DNA from: Hemiscyllium ocellatum
Lineage: Eukaryota
Reading direction: 5' to 3'
Length of the DNA: 64,000 nucleotides
Assembly (NCBI RefSeq): GCF_020745735.1
Contig: NC_083426.1
Coordinates: 13,020,001-13,084,000 of the forward strand
Part shown: one piece after another, positions 13,124-25,489 of the stretch
Layout: each line of letters opens with the position of its first letter
How positions within the stretch are numbered: the first letter of the stretch is position 1
Made by a program: the position numbers and the translations under genes
The notes under the pieces: generated by a model
Databases searched by the model: none
Told to the model about the DNA's origin: nothing
Seen by the model: the letters and a program-made list of their open reading frames with translations, nothing else

Positions 13124-13313
13124 GTATCTTTATGAATCAATAAATAAGTGAATAAAGTTAATATTGTTTCAATATTTACAGAAGAGCTTTGATATTCTAT
13201 ACTGATGTTATGCTGTTCTAACATAAATGCAATGACTAGCTACTCCTTTTTCACACTGGTTAGGTCTTCATGGAAAATGCCTCTTGACACCCTCAAAACA
13301 GAGCAGAAGTGGG

Positions 13314-13512
13314 TACTGCAGATGCTGGAGATTAGAGGCAAGATTAGAGTGGTGCTGGAAAAGTATCGCAGATCAGGCAGCATCTGAGGAGCAGGAAAAT
13401 AGATGTTTTTGGCAAAAGCCTGATGAAGGGCTTTTGCACAAAACCTCAATTTTCCTGCTCCTCAGATGTTGCCTGATCAGCTGTGCTTTTCCAGCACCAC
13501 TCTAATCTTGAA
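13314..13512. mobile_element. Penelope-like fold-back element, family 1 variant
   Basis: Inverted arms; central gcctgatgaagggcttttgc; ~23-bp imperfect TSD cctcaaaacagagcagaagtggg (13291-13313) / cctcaaaatggagcagaaatggg (13513-13535). Confidence 0.85.
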
Positions 13513-14702
13513 CCTCAAAATGGAGCAGAAATGGGATTGAGGAATGCCGGAATTGGCAGGGGAGATGGGCAATAAGTACTGCAAAACTAACAGGAACAAA
13601 AACAAATTTCGACTAAGATCTGCCATTGTAATACACTGAGTTTGTTCAGTATCCTACTGTCTTACAATGCACAATCTAAATTGATAACACAACATCAGGA
13701 GTAGTCCATGCAATCTGCCAAGCCTCCTCCACCTTTCAATTAGATCATAGCTGGTCATCTATCACAACTCTCCTTTCATGCGTTATCTCCATATCCCTTC
13801 ATTAAGATTTCCCAAAAACTCATTGCCTTTTATCTTGAACATTCTCAATGATTGATTTTCCCTACTCTTCAAAGTTGAGAATTCCAAAGATTTAGTGCCC
13901 TCAAAGTGGAAAAAAAATCCTCCTCTTGTCAGTCTCAAATGGCCTATTTGTTATCTTGAGATTATGCACCCTAGTTTTAGACCCACCAACCAGGGGAAAA
14001 ACTTTTTCTACATCCACCCTGTCTGCCATAGAAGAACTTTGTAAAGGAACTAAGTTGGTAGGTTTTGCATCAAGCCTCGCATACTCAAATATTCAGCGGT
14101 TTCTCCAATGTCAATTTCCTTTTGATGATTTAATATGATGTGGCTTCCGCTAGGTTGAAACTGTAACATTGAAGTCTATTTTCAGATTGTGGTTTGAAAG
14201 AGACAACTTTGTAACCGCAGATTTTCCTTTGCACCCCGCTGTCAACATAATCTGAAAGTACAGAATCAAACCTTACTTTGCAGTAAATTAAGACAAAAAA
14301 AAACTCTAGGCCCAGCTACAATGTGGTTAATGCTTGAAACACATAGGAAGTGAGACAATTGTGTCTCAAAGTAAATCTGACCCTTACCTTCCTTTTCAAA
14401 TCAGATAAACTTTTGAAATATTATCCTAGGTAACTGATGAAGAAGTCTAAGGGTTTTAAGTATGTGTCAGTACCATTATACACCACAATAACAAGTTCCG
14501 CTTTTTACAAATATTTCTCCAATTGGCACTTAAAGCATGGAATGTCATAGAGGTGCAGCCAAAAGTTTGATCTTCATCTGCGAGTGATGGACTTCAACAT
14601 TTTTTTTCAAAGCTAAAGATTCCAGAATCCCCATTTAAAAATTAGCTGTTGGTTATGCTTCGAGCAGGGGAAATTGGTTCCCTTTTCAACCAACTCAATG
14701 GA

Positions 14703-15530
14703 AAATAGAGACATAGAGGTGTACAGCACAGAAACAAACCCTTCAGTCCAACCTGTCCATGCCAACCAGATATCCCAACCCAATCTAGTCCCACCTGCCA
14801 GCACCGGGCCCATATCCCTCCAAATCCTTCCTATTCATATACCCATCCAGAAGGTTTTTAAATGTTGCAGTTGTATCAGTCTCCAACACTTCCTCTGGCA
14901 GCCCATTCCACAAGTGCACTACCGTCTATGTGAAAAAGTTGCCCCTTAGGTCCCTTTTATATCTTTCCCCTCTCGCCCTAATCCTATGCCCTCTAGTTCT
15001 GGACTCCCCATCCCAGGGAAAAAGTCTTGTTTATTTATCCTATCCATGCCCCTCATGATTTTATAAATCTTTATAAAGTCACCTGTCAGCCTCCAACACT
15101 CCGGGGAAAACAGTCCCAGCATGTTCAGCCTCTCCTTGTAGCTCAAATACTCCAACCCTGGCAACATCCTTGTAATTCTTTTCAGAATCCTTTCAATTTC
15201 ATAGCATCCTTCCAATAGGAAGGAGACCATAATTGCACACAATATTCCAAAAGGGACCAACAAATGTCCTGTACAGCCACAATATGACCTCCCAACTCTT
15301 GTATTCAATACTCTAATCAACACAGGAAAGCATACCAAACATCTTCTTCACTATCCTATCTACTTGTGACTCTACTTTCAAGGAGCTATAAGCCTGCACT
15401 CCCAGGTCTCTTTGTTCAGCAACACTCCCTAGGACCTTATCATTAAGTGTATAAGTCCTGCCAAGATTTGCTTTCCCAAAATGCAGGTCCTCGCATTTAT
15501 CTAAATTAAACTCCATCTACCAATCCTCAA
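14703..15530 (-). mobile_element. CR1 LINE 3' fragment
   Basis: ORFs 14946-15338 and 15313-15516 are CR1 RT C-terminal peptides (MEFNLDKCE, DLGVQ, LVFPEC/IYKIMRG). Confidence 0.88.
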
Positions 15531-15849
15531 AGATAATGTTATTGAACAATTATAAAGGACCTTTTTTTTAACAAGAGGGGAGAGGCGGTTGGGCTGGTTG
15601 CCCCATTGCCACTTCTCAACTGATGAAGACAGATGCATTTTAAAACATAACTTGTGTTTGTTTTACCCTGAGTGCTGTAGCCATCAAAAACTGTCACAGG
15701 TTTTCTTGTAAGTTTTGAAAAAGATAAATGTTTATTCTTCAGCAGCTGAAAATATCTGCAAAAAAAACCCATTCTCTCACTTATACACAACAGGCGTTCA
15801 TTCAAGAATATCCCTGGGTCCTTATCAGATGTTTCCCAGAACTTTATGA

Positions 15850-17520
15850 GAAGTGATTGCTGGGCCCCTTGCTGAGATATTTGTATCACCGATAGCCACA
15901 GGTGACATGCCAGAAGAATGGAGATTGGTTAACGTTATGCCATTATATAAGAAAGGCTGGAAGGAAAAGCCAGGGAAATATAGGCCAGTGAGCTTTATGA
16001 TAGTGATGGATAAGTTGTTGAAGGAGATTTTAAAGGATAGGATTTACATGCAATTGGAAAGGCAAGGGCTAATTAGGGATAGTCATCATATCTTTGTGTG
16101 TGGGGAATCATGCCACATTAAATTGATTGAGTTTTTAGAAGAGGTAACAAAGAAGTTTGATGAAGGCAGAGTGTTAGAGTCTATATGGACTTCAGCAAAG
16201 TGACTGACAAGGTTCCACATGGTAGACTAGTTACTAAGGTTAGATCACATGGGATCCAGGGGAGCGAGGCAATTAAATCAAAATTTACTTGAAGGTAGGA
16301 GACAGCAGGTGGTGGTAAAGGATTGTTTTTCAAACTGGAGGCCTGTAACCAGCAGTGTGCCACAAGAATCGATGGACTTTTCATCATTTATATAAACAAT
16401 TTGGATGTGAAAATGGGGTGTGAATATATGAACATGGTTACTAAATTTGTGAATGACACCATACTAAGTGGCATAGTTGACAACAAAGAAGATTATCTCA
16501 AAGTACAACTGGACCTTGATCATATGAGCCAGAGAGTGGCCGACAGAGTTTAATTTAAATAAATGTAAGGTGTCACACTTTAGTAAGGCAAACCAAGGCA
16601 GGACTTATAAAGTTAATGGTAGGGCCCTGCTGAACAGGGAGGCTTAGGGGTGCAGGTGCATAGATCCTTGAAAGTGAGTTGCAGGTAAATAGGGTGGTGA
16701 AGAAGGTGTTTGACACACTTTCCTTCAATGGTCAGAAGACTGAGTTTATGAGTTGGGATGTCATGTTGCAGCTGTACAGGACATTGGTGAAGCTGCTTTT
16801 GGAATATTGCATACAATTCTGGTTGCCCTTCGAGAGTAAAAGATGCTATTAGACTTGAGAGGGTGCACAAATGTTTTACAAGGATGTTGCCGGGTTTGAA
16901 GGGTTTGAGTATGGGAAGCAGCTAAATTGGCTAGGGTGATTTTCCTGGAGCATTGAAGACTCAGAGATAACCTTAGAGTCATAGAGCCATAGAAATGTAT
17001 AGCACGGAAACAGACCCTTCGGTCCAACCCATCCATGCCGACCAGATATCCCAATCCAATCTAGTCCCACCTACCAGCACCCAGCCCATATCCCTCCAAA
17101 CCCTTCCTATTCATATACCCATCCAGATGCCTTGTAAATGTTGCGATTGTACTAGCTTCCACCACTTCCTCTGGCAGCTCATGTGGGTATGGACAGGGTG
17201 AATAAACAAGGACTTTTTTTCCCAGGGCAGGGGAAAAAAACAAGAGGGCATAGGTTTAATATGAGAGGGGAAAGATTTAAAAAGGACCTGAGGGGCACCT
17301 TTTTCATGCAAAGGGTGGTGCATATATGGAACAAGCTACCAGAGAGAGTGCTGGAGGCTGGTATAACTACAATATTTAAAAGGCATCCGAATGGCTACAT
17401 GAATAGGAAGAGTTTAGAGGGATATGGGCCAAATGCTGGCAAATGATCAGATTGGGTTGTCTGGTCAGCGGGGACACGTTGGACGAACATAACTGCTTCC
17501 ATGCTGCATGACTCGATGAT
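15850..17520 (+). mobile_element. Degenerate CR1 LINE RT region with nested antisense CR1 3' end (16975-17180)
   Basis: ORF 15853-16203 (PLYKKG, PGKYRPVS, LIEFLEEVT) and following RT fragments; opposite-strand gagtcatagagccatag-tailed insert interrupts it. Confidence 0.88.
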
Positions 17521-17559
17521 CCCATAAAAGATTTGACTAGACAAGGTAGAGGCATTTGA

Positions 17560-17720
17560 GTCTTAACAGGAAACATGACAGAAGCGCTTCACAGGAGACT
17601 CCCAAGCACTGAAGATGCCACCTAGAAAGGGGACGAAACGTTTGCAGCAAAAACTCCCAGCTTGGCGAACAGAACCACGACAACGAGCACCCGAGCTACA
17701 AATCTTCTCCCAAACTTTGA
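17560..17720 (+). mobile_element. Penelope-like terminal fragment with minimal hammerhead motif (family 3)
   Basis: gca CTGAAGA t gccacct agaa aggggac GAAAC GTT tgc at 17606-17645: core, partly mismatched helix II, GCA/TGC helix I. Confidence 0.65.
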
Positions 17721-17884
17721 GCCTGAGGTCTCCATATCACTTGCTTTTCCCAAGATCAAGACTTCAAACGTTGCATGCATATGACTTCTTTCTGGTCTGC
17801 TAAAGAATGGAGTCAAGAGATTTAGGAAGACTAATTCATTGTGGGCTAATGCTTGCAGTACATGTTTTCTCTTGCTCTATCCCA

Positions 17885-19350
17885 AGGGTGAGTCACTGAA
17901 GCTGGGAATGGTCAGAGAGTGAGGGTCAGTCACTGAAGCTGGGAATGGTCAGAGAGTGAGGGTCAGTCACTGACGCTGGGAATGGCCAGAGAGTGAGGGT
18001 CAGTCACTGACCCTGGGAATGGCCAGAGAGTGAGGGTCAGTGTGTGACCCAGGGAATGGTCAGATAGTGAGGGCCAGTGTGTGACAGTGGGAGTGGTCAG
18101 AGAGTGAGGGTCAGTATGTGACCCTGGGAGTGGTCAGAGAGTGAGGTTCAGTGTGTGACCCTGGGAGTGGTCAGAGAGTGAGGGTCGGTGTGTGACCCTG
18201 GGAACGGTCAGAGAGTGAGGTTCAGTGTGTAACCCTGGGAATGGTCAAAGAGTGAGGATCGGTGTGTGACAGTGGGAATGGTCAAAGAGTGAGGGTCAGT
18301 GTGTGACCCTGGGAATGGTCAGAGAGTGAGGGTCAGTCACTGACCCTGGGAATGGTCAGAGAGTGAGGTTCAGTGTGTGACCCTGGGAGTAATCAGAGTG
18401 AGGGTCAGTGTGGGACCCTGGGAGTGGTCAGACAGTGAGGTTCAGTGTGTGACAGTGGGAATGGTCAGAGAGTGAGGGTCGGTGTGTGACAGTGGGAATG
18501 GTCAGAGAGTGAGGGTCAGTGTGTGACCATGGGAATGGTCAGAGAGTGAGGTTCAGAGTGTGACCATGGGAATGGTCAGAGAGTGAGGTTCAGTATGTGA
18601 CCCTGGAAATAGTCAGAGAGTGAGGGTCAGTGTGTGACCCTGGGAATGGTCAGAGAGTGAGGGTCAGTGTGTGATCCTGGGAACAGTCAGACAGTGATAG
18701 TCAGTGTGTGACCTTGGGCATGGTCAGAGAGTGGGGGTCAGTGTGTGACCCTGGGAATGGTCAGAGAATGGGGGACAGTCACTAACCCTGGGAATGGTCA
18801 GAGAGGGAGGGTCAGTGTGTGATGTTGGGTAGGGTCAGAGAGTGAGGGTCAGTCACTGACCCTGGGAATGGTCAGAAAGTGAGAATCAGTGTGGGATGTT
18901 GGGTAGGATCAGAGAGTGAGAGTCAGTGTGTGACCCTGGGAATGGTCAGAGAATGAGGGTCAGTCACTGACCCTGGGAATGGTCAGAGAGTGAGGATCAG
19001 TCACTGACCCTGGGAACAGTCAGAGAGTGAGGGTCAATGTGTGACCCTGGGAATGGTCAAAGAGTGAGGGTCAGTGTCTGACCCTGGGAATGGTCAGAGA
19101 GTGAGCGTCAATGTGTGACCCTGGGAATGATCAAAGAGTGAGGGTCAGTCACTGACCCTGGGAATTGTCAGAGATTGAGGATCAGTGTGTGACCCTGGAA
19201 ATGGTCAGAGAATGGGGGTCAGTCACTGACCCTGGGAATGGTCAGAGAGTGAGAGTCAGTGTGGGATGTTGGGTAGGGTCAGAGAGTGAGGGTCAGTGTG
19301 TGATCCTGGGAGTAGTCAGAGAAAGAGGGTTGATGTCTGACCCTGAGCAC
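17885..19350. repeat. 37-bp minisatellite, ~39-40 copies
   Basis: Unit gaccctgggaatggtcagagagtgagggtcagt(gtgt/cact); gggaatg at 17904, 17941, 17978, 18015 (period 37). Confidence 0.97.
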
Positions 19351-20322
19351 TGAACAGGATGAATACCAGCCACTTACCCTGGGATTGTCACTGAATGGTG
19401 CCTGGCTACTGATTGAAGCCAGTTACTCATCTGATTATTCAACAGCTGGATACCGATGTTCATCTTCAATAAATGTGAGATTATCCAAACACTTCTGACT
19501 CTCTCCAAGCTTCCACCAAGTCCCATTTACCTGTCATCAGATTCAACCTCCTCTGGCAACCTGTCCATTTTATAATTCATATACTTCCATGACCACATTG
19601 TCGTTAATTCTGTAATCTTGTCCAAGCCTACACCCTCAGAAGACCTCAAAAGTCCTTCAGGTCCTGCACTCTCACATCCTCAGTTTTCATCATATGCTCA
19701 AATAGATTGATTAAGAATATCTATAACTACAGGGAAATTGTTTGATATACTTAAAGGGTTCTTTGGTTAATTTCAAAGGCATTTTCTAACTAAATAAGAA
19801 CAACTCTTCTTATTCACCAGGAAAGCCAATCTAATCCATTGTCTGCTGTGACAAAATGCAAATGTGAATAAAAGTATGAAAATTTACTGCTGTTTTTATT
19901 AGTGCAAGGGAATTTAGGGGATAATTTAAAGATTAAAAGGATGACACAGAGCTTTTAGAGTTTTGGGGGAGTCATGGACCAGGAAAGGTATGTTTAAGAT
20001 TAAGTATGAGTTTCTGACAGGAGAAGTATTTTCACATCAAGGGTTTTGAGACTGTGGAAAATACTACCAGAAATCAAAACAGAGATCATTTTAACATTTA
20101 TAAATACATTGTAGGAGGAGAGAGTTATAAACTCTTTGTCTGCTTTTTTTTCTCTATGATGGAAAATTCTAACATTTTAAAGTTTAAGTGAAAATAAAAA
20201 TATTGTGTTTGGAATACGATTCATTTTGAAGACTTACACTAACACAGACTGATGAGGTTGAACTGGCTGTTTCCATCCCTCTGGATGTGACGTAATTCCT
20301 TTCTCGAACTGACCTTCATCAG

Positions 20323-20660
20323 CGTCACAGTGGGTCAGTGGTTAGCACTGCTGCCTCACAGCGCCAGGGACCCGGGTTCCATGTCAGCCTCGGGAGACTG
20401 TCTGTGTGGAGTTTGCACATTCTCACCATGTCTGCATGGGTTTCCTTTGGGTGCTCCAGTTTCCTCCCACAATCCAAAGATGTGCAGGTTCGGTGAATTG
20501 GCCATGCTAAATTGCCCATAGTGTTCAGGGATGAATAGGTTAGGTGCATTGGTCAAGGGTAAATATAGGGTAGGGGAATGGTCTGGGTATGTTACTCTTC
20601 ATAGGGTTGGTGTGGACTTGTTGGGCCGAAGGGCTGTTTCCACACTGTAGGGATTTTATG
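20323..20660 (+). mobile_element. HE1-type V-SINE
   Basis: cagtggttagcactgctgcctcacagcgccaggg head, V-domain, gggccgaaggg...tgtaggga tail. Confidence 0.92.
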
Positions 20661-21102
20661 ATTCCTGAAACTCTTCAAACAAATCTTAACTGAGCTGCTG
20701 TCGAACCCTTTTAGCAAAAGTCTGTTTTGCTTCCTCAATAAAGGGCAATATAAATTCTCTTTCTCCTGAAGGATCTGAGGCAGGACTCTGTTCCTTCACT
20801 GGCCGGTGTCTCTCTCCTTTGTCACTCCAGAAAATGTGCTTTCTTAAATGTCCTTAGCAAAAGCATGTTTTTTTTTGTCCTGAAGCCTGAGAGTTTCTGT
20901 TCATTTTCCACACGTGATCTTTTAACTCTGTTTTCAAAGAGTCCATTTCAGATTTATACTCCATCCTGAACTTCAGCTGGTGTGAAACCTTCTATCATTA
21001 TGCCTTGCAAATAAGGGGGTCTTGAAAAAAGAAGTCTTTGGTCCTGCTCAGAAAATGAGCTCCTATTTGGAGAAATAAACTCTCTACCGTTCTCTTTCAC
21101 AG

Positions 21103-21209
21103 CACGCCAAATTTTTCCATAACAGTGGTACCTGTGCTCGGAATTGTGGTTATACTGTCCCTTGTTGTTACTATCTATGCCACAAGATACAGGAAGAAAA
21201 CTGCAGCTG
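21103..21209 (+). CDS. Transmembrane exon of CD300/pIgR-like receptor
   Basis: Acceptor ttctctttcacag, donor GCTG|gtaagt, 107 bp phase 2-1; STPNFS-ITVVPVLGIVVILSLVVTIYAT-RYRKK (uncharged TM plus basic stop-transfer). Confidence 0.9.
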
Positions 21210-21691
21210 GTAAGTTAGAGAATTCAGAACCTTCCAATTTCACTAGCCAAAGGCTAGCTTCTTAGCTTCCAATTGGACAAAGAGAGAGAGGCCAAACATT
21301 TCCTCAGAGCTGGTCCCACTAAATTGGCTGAAACTTTGTCAAAAGAGGGAATCTTGAGGTCATGGGGCTGCGGAGATAAACAGCATTAGAATCGTAGTAT
21401 TATGCTATGCAGAAGAAGCTCTTCACCCCATGATGTCCACACCGACACAGTCTAATTGACCGTTATGAATTTTACTAAGGTCGCCTTTACACAGCCTTCC
21501 AGGCCAAAGTACAACATTAAGTGCTGCCTGCCTTTTCTGTCTGCTGTAAAAGTGTAAAATAAACAATGTATGGCCACTAATTTGTCACAGGCTCTTGAAC
21601 AGCCTAAATGCTAGGGTCAATGACTGTAAGGAACAGAGATTAACACCAATACCAGGTGCAAAGAAAAAGGAAAAACTCACATTCATGTAAG

Positions 21692-21850
21692 AGAAAGTGA
21701 GGAGTGCAGATGCTGGAGACCAGAGTCAAGAGAGTGATGCTGGAAAAGCTCTGCAGGTCAGGCAGCATCCAAGGAGCAGAAGAATCAACGGTTCAGAAAT
21801 AAGTCCTTCATCAGGAATTGGCTGAACTCTAGCACCACACTCTTGACTCC
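21692..21850. mobile_element. Penelope-like fold-back element, family 1 (short right arm)
   Basis: gaaagtgaggagtgcagatgctggag...ccttcatcaggaat...cagcaccacactcttgactc; no clear TSD. Confidence 0.8.
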
Positions 21851-22009
21851 GTTGATATAGCACCATTTACTCCTGCACATTCCAAGCTGCTTTGCAGCCA
21901 ATTGTCACAAACGTCGAAAATATAACAAACTCCAAAGCAAAACCATCTTCAGCGAAGTAGGTTGAGGGTAAGTTATTTGGTGGGACACTGGGACATAGTC
22001 ACACATTCA

Positions 22010-22212
22010 CCTTGGGAATCAGTGAGCCAAAAAGGCAGACGGCGTCCTCAGTTTGTCATCTCATCTACAATGCAAATATGAAACGATGAGCCCCTGCCTC
22101 AGTGGTGTATTGGAGTATCAGACAAAGCCTGTGTGTTTGACTTTATAAAGTGGGACTTGAACCTACAACCTACTGCCACAGAGTGTTACCAAATGAGCCA
22201 CAGCTGACACCT
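22010..22212 (-). mobile_element. DeuSINE (SacSINE1-like) remnant
   Basis: Reverse complement reads ...gatgagatgacaaactgaggacgccgtctgcc, resembling the Deu core, with a tRNA-like head (gtgggacttgaacc...gagccacagctgacac on +). Confidence 0.5.
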
Positions 22213-22549
22213 GCAGGAATCTTTAGGGCAGTCACAGTAAAGCTGAACAATGAATGAAAATATGCCTTGACCCCACAGATTTAAATAAAGCCTCAGAAAA
22301 AGAACAATGTACAATGCAGCACATACAGGAAGCAAGTATGCAAAGAGCTGGTGTAAATATCATCTTCCAAACAGATGTGGGTGAAACCTAAATGTGATGA
22401 TAAGAAAGAAATTTAAATACAGTGTTTAGTCGTTACAGACTATGTTTCAATTTTTTATTAACTAAATCAGTGCTATGTGTTCAAATCTCACTGCAATCAA
22501 CAGTTTGACAGATAAGCTCTGCCAAATGAAGTGGTTTCAGATTATTTAT

Positions 22550-22809
22550 GATTTGGAGTTGGACTGGGGTGTACAAAGTTAAAAATCACACAACACCAGG
22601 TTATAGTCCAACAGGTTTAATTGGAAGCACTAGCTTTTGGAGTGACGCTCCTTCATCAGGTGGTTATGGAGGACACAATTGTAAGGCTATAAATTCTGTG
22701 CCTTAGAATTGTGTCCTCCTCAACCACCTGTTGAAGGAGCGTCGCTCCAAAAGCTAGTACTTCCAATTAAACCTGTTGGACTATAACCTGGTGTTGTGTG
22801 ATTTTTAAC
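22550..22809. mobile_element. Penelope-like fold-back element, family 2
   Basis: Long near-perfect inverted arms (gttaaaaatcacacaacaccaggttatagtccaacagg / reverse); perfect 13-bp TSD tcagattatttat (22537-22549, 22810-22822); mutated hammerhead cores in both arms. Confidence 0.9.
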
Positions 22810-22859
22810 TCAGATTATTTATATAATCTTTTATATCTTTTCATTTGGCTTCATTGGCA

Positions 22860-23075
22860 ATGGGGGATTAGTTTGCTCAGTTGACTGGGTAGCTAGCTTA
22901 TGATCTGGAGTGATACTAACAGCAAGTGTTCAACACCTGCACCAACTGAGGTTACTGGGAAGGACTGTCCTTCTCAACGTCTCCCCTCACCTCACCTAAG
23001 GTTTGTTGAATTTCAGGTTAAAGCACCACTCTTTGTCTTTCAGTAATGGGAAAGTGAGAACGTGATGCCTTTAAC
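22860..23075 (+). mobile_element. tRNA-derived SINE (degenerate)
   Basis: gggggattagtttgctcagttg head; aaggactgtccttctcaacgtctcccctcacc body, similar to 11610-11830. Confidence 0.55.
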
Positions 23076-23425
23076 TTTATTGGAATTAACTATAGGGTCA
23101 ACTTTTATAAAACACAGTGGATCGGCTTAAGTTGTAAAGACAGAAGTGTTCCATGTTGTGTTTAAAGTAAGTGGATTAATAGGTTTATCAAAATGACACA
23201 CAGAATGCCATTCACTGGTCTAAATTTGTGTATGCTGACATGAAATATTGCAGAGAACAATTTCTGAACTTGTGCGTCTGAATCTATTTTGCCAATACCC
23301 CTTATAAAAGAATGTTACATTTTAGGGAATATGTCTGTTACAAAATCAAAAGAATCAGGCAGATAATTAAGTTATATCGTGGTGGGTTTTACAGCACTGA
23401 ACTCTTAAATCTTTGTCATTCTTAG

Positions 23426-23481
23426 GTGAGAAAGAGTTAAGGCCCACCAGGGAAGATTCGAACCCGGTTTATAATGATATG
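23426..23481 (+). CDS. First cytoplasmic exon of CD300/pIgR-like receptor (YxxM)
   Basis: Acceptor ctttgtcattcttag, donor ATG|gtaaga, 56 bp phase 1-0; GEKELRPTREDSNPVYNDM. Confidence 0.85.
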
Positions 23482-25344
23482 GTAAGAATTTCACGCAGCA
23501 CCTGATCTGACATTTCACATTTACCTATCCTCATTTCAAATGCTAGTTTATTTATGGTTAGAAAACTAAGTGAGTTAGTCTTCTGGATACGCATCACATT
23601 ATTGCAGATGTTGGAAGTATAAAATAAAGAGAGAAATCCTTGAAATATTCAGTAGATCTGGCAGCAACTGTGACAGAAAATCAGAGCTCAGGGCTTATTG
23701 TAGACTAAGTGACAGGAGCGATCGTGAGATTCATGGCAGACATAGACAATAAGGCCCATCTCATCATCAGGAACGCCGTGCACCATCTTTCATGCTTCTG
23801 GAAAGTTGCAAGACAAGCTTCTCACCAGACAGTGGTGAGTTAAGCAGGATTATTGCTTATTGAACACTGTGTTAGAGGTCTAATTAATAGCCTCAGAAGC
23901 ATTCAGTTTCCTATCTTGCCTAATACTTCAAACAAGCTAGACTTTGAGAATTCTTCACATGAAGATACCCGATCACTTCAGCTTGCCATTCATTCCAAAG
24001 GTCCTCTATATTGGACACTGGGCACTGACCACTTGAACATGTTCCAAAGGTATCAGCCTCAGATACCCGATTTTCTATAGACATAGGTACCAGCCTCCAA
24101 GAACCCTCATGACAAATCTCTGATCCACTGACAGAAACTTCTTGCAATCCAACACTGCACCTTGGGCTGCACCAACAACTATCATTGAATGTTGCTGCAA
24201 GGAAACTTTGTTCTCAAGGGCACACACCTAGCTCATTGACTGCACCAGGCTACATCTCAAGGCTCTTCACTTGCTCCCATAGCATTCGCTCACTCTGAAC
24301 CAACCTGGATGCTCACAATATCCCTACATTGCATTGTTGTGTATTGCCTTCTTATATGCTATCTCCTCAGCCAGAGATACCAGATTCATCTTACTCCTGT
24401 CTTGCCTTACCATGAAGCACAGAAGCAAAGACAAGAAGTTTGTCATGATTGTCAAGCCAAGGGAGGTAGTGTCTGGTCTGGGGGACCTGGCACAGTAAGT
24501 CAGGTCCAGCCTCCAATACTAGTCCAGAGGCTTAGACACAGTCATTCTGCTGCTCTGGGCAGTGACAACCAGGATGTTCTCCACAGGGAGGGGTGGAGGG
24601 CTGAACATCAGGAAGCCCATCAGCCATTTTCAGTCTTCCTTCCGGATTGTGAGCTGTTTTCCTTCTAGAATAAGAAAATACCATTGCATTAGAGGAAACA
24701 AAGGAGATGCCACAGTTACTACTTCAGCTGCAGGCTGAGTCCTGGAATAGGTGATTGGGTTGAGCAGAGGGTATGCTGGGTTACTGGTGTTGGGGGTTGA
24801 AGTCAGTGGAAGCACATGACGGAAGCTGTTGCAGACAATACCTAACCTTGACCTCCCATGACCCCTGATATCCCTGCTGTCATCCTCTTGTCCCTGCCTC
24901 AATCATATTTTGATCTCAGTCACACTGACCTGAACTTCCTGTGTCAACTCTGCACCCACTGTCCCCACCATCATCACCTGCTGGAGCTTGAGCTGAATTA
25001 GGATTTACACACTAATGTAGCAGTTCACATACCTTCACCTCCGAAACAAGGGAACTGCTGCTATTGTTAGAAAGTTTATAAAGAATCAGAATAAGCAGTT
25101 GAAATGTCCCAATATCCAAGGCTATGGGCCAAGTGCTGGAAAGATGCGTTTAAATAGGTTGACTTGATGGACTGAAGGGTCTCTTCAGTGCTGAATGACT
25201 CCAAGCTTGTAAACTTGAGATCTCCTTAAGAGGTGTGAGGACAAGAAGCATTCAAAAGACAAACATTGAGTTGGCTTCAACATCCGATATCCCTGATTGC
25301 ATCTGCTCAGAAATTGAGTTCATGGGGTTCCAAACTTGACCAGA

Positions 25345-25489
25345 AGATAGTGAGGACTGCAGATGCCGGAGATCAGAATCAAAGAGTTGGTGCTGGACAT
25401 TCCTGATGAAGGATTTACGCTTGAAACGTCGATTCTCCTGCGCCGTGGATGCTGCCTGGCCGGCTGTAGTTTTCCAGCGTCAAACTCTT
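25345..25489. mobile_element. Penelope-like fold-back element, family 1
   Basis: cattcCTGATGAaggatttacgcttGAAACGTCgattc at 25398-25436; perfect 14-bp TSD caaacttgaccaga (25331-25344, 25490-25503). Confidence 0.88.

Noticed and set aside
17885-19350. 37-bp repeats as a CRISPR array; ORF 19165-19353
   Set aside because: Units are contiguous with no unique spacers, there are no cas genes and the context is eukaryotic; the ORF is a by-product of the repeat
20325-20556. Recurrent ORFs such as MGNLAWPIH.../DCLCGVCTFSPCL (also 29259, 31680, 45258, 49661)
   Set aside because: Translations of HE1 V-SINE copies, not genes; SINE heads are tRNA-derived but are not tRNA genes
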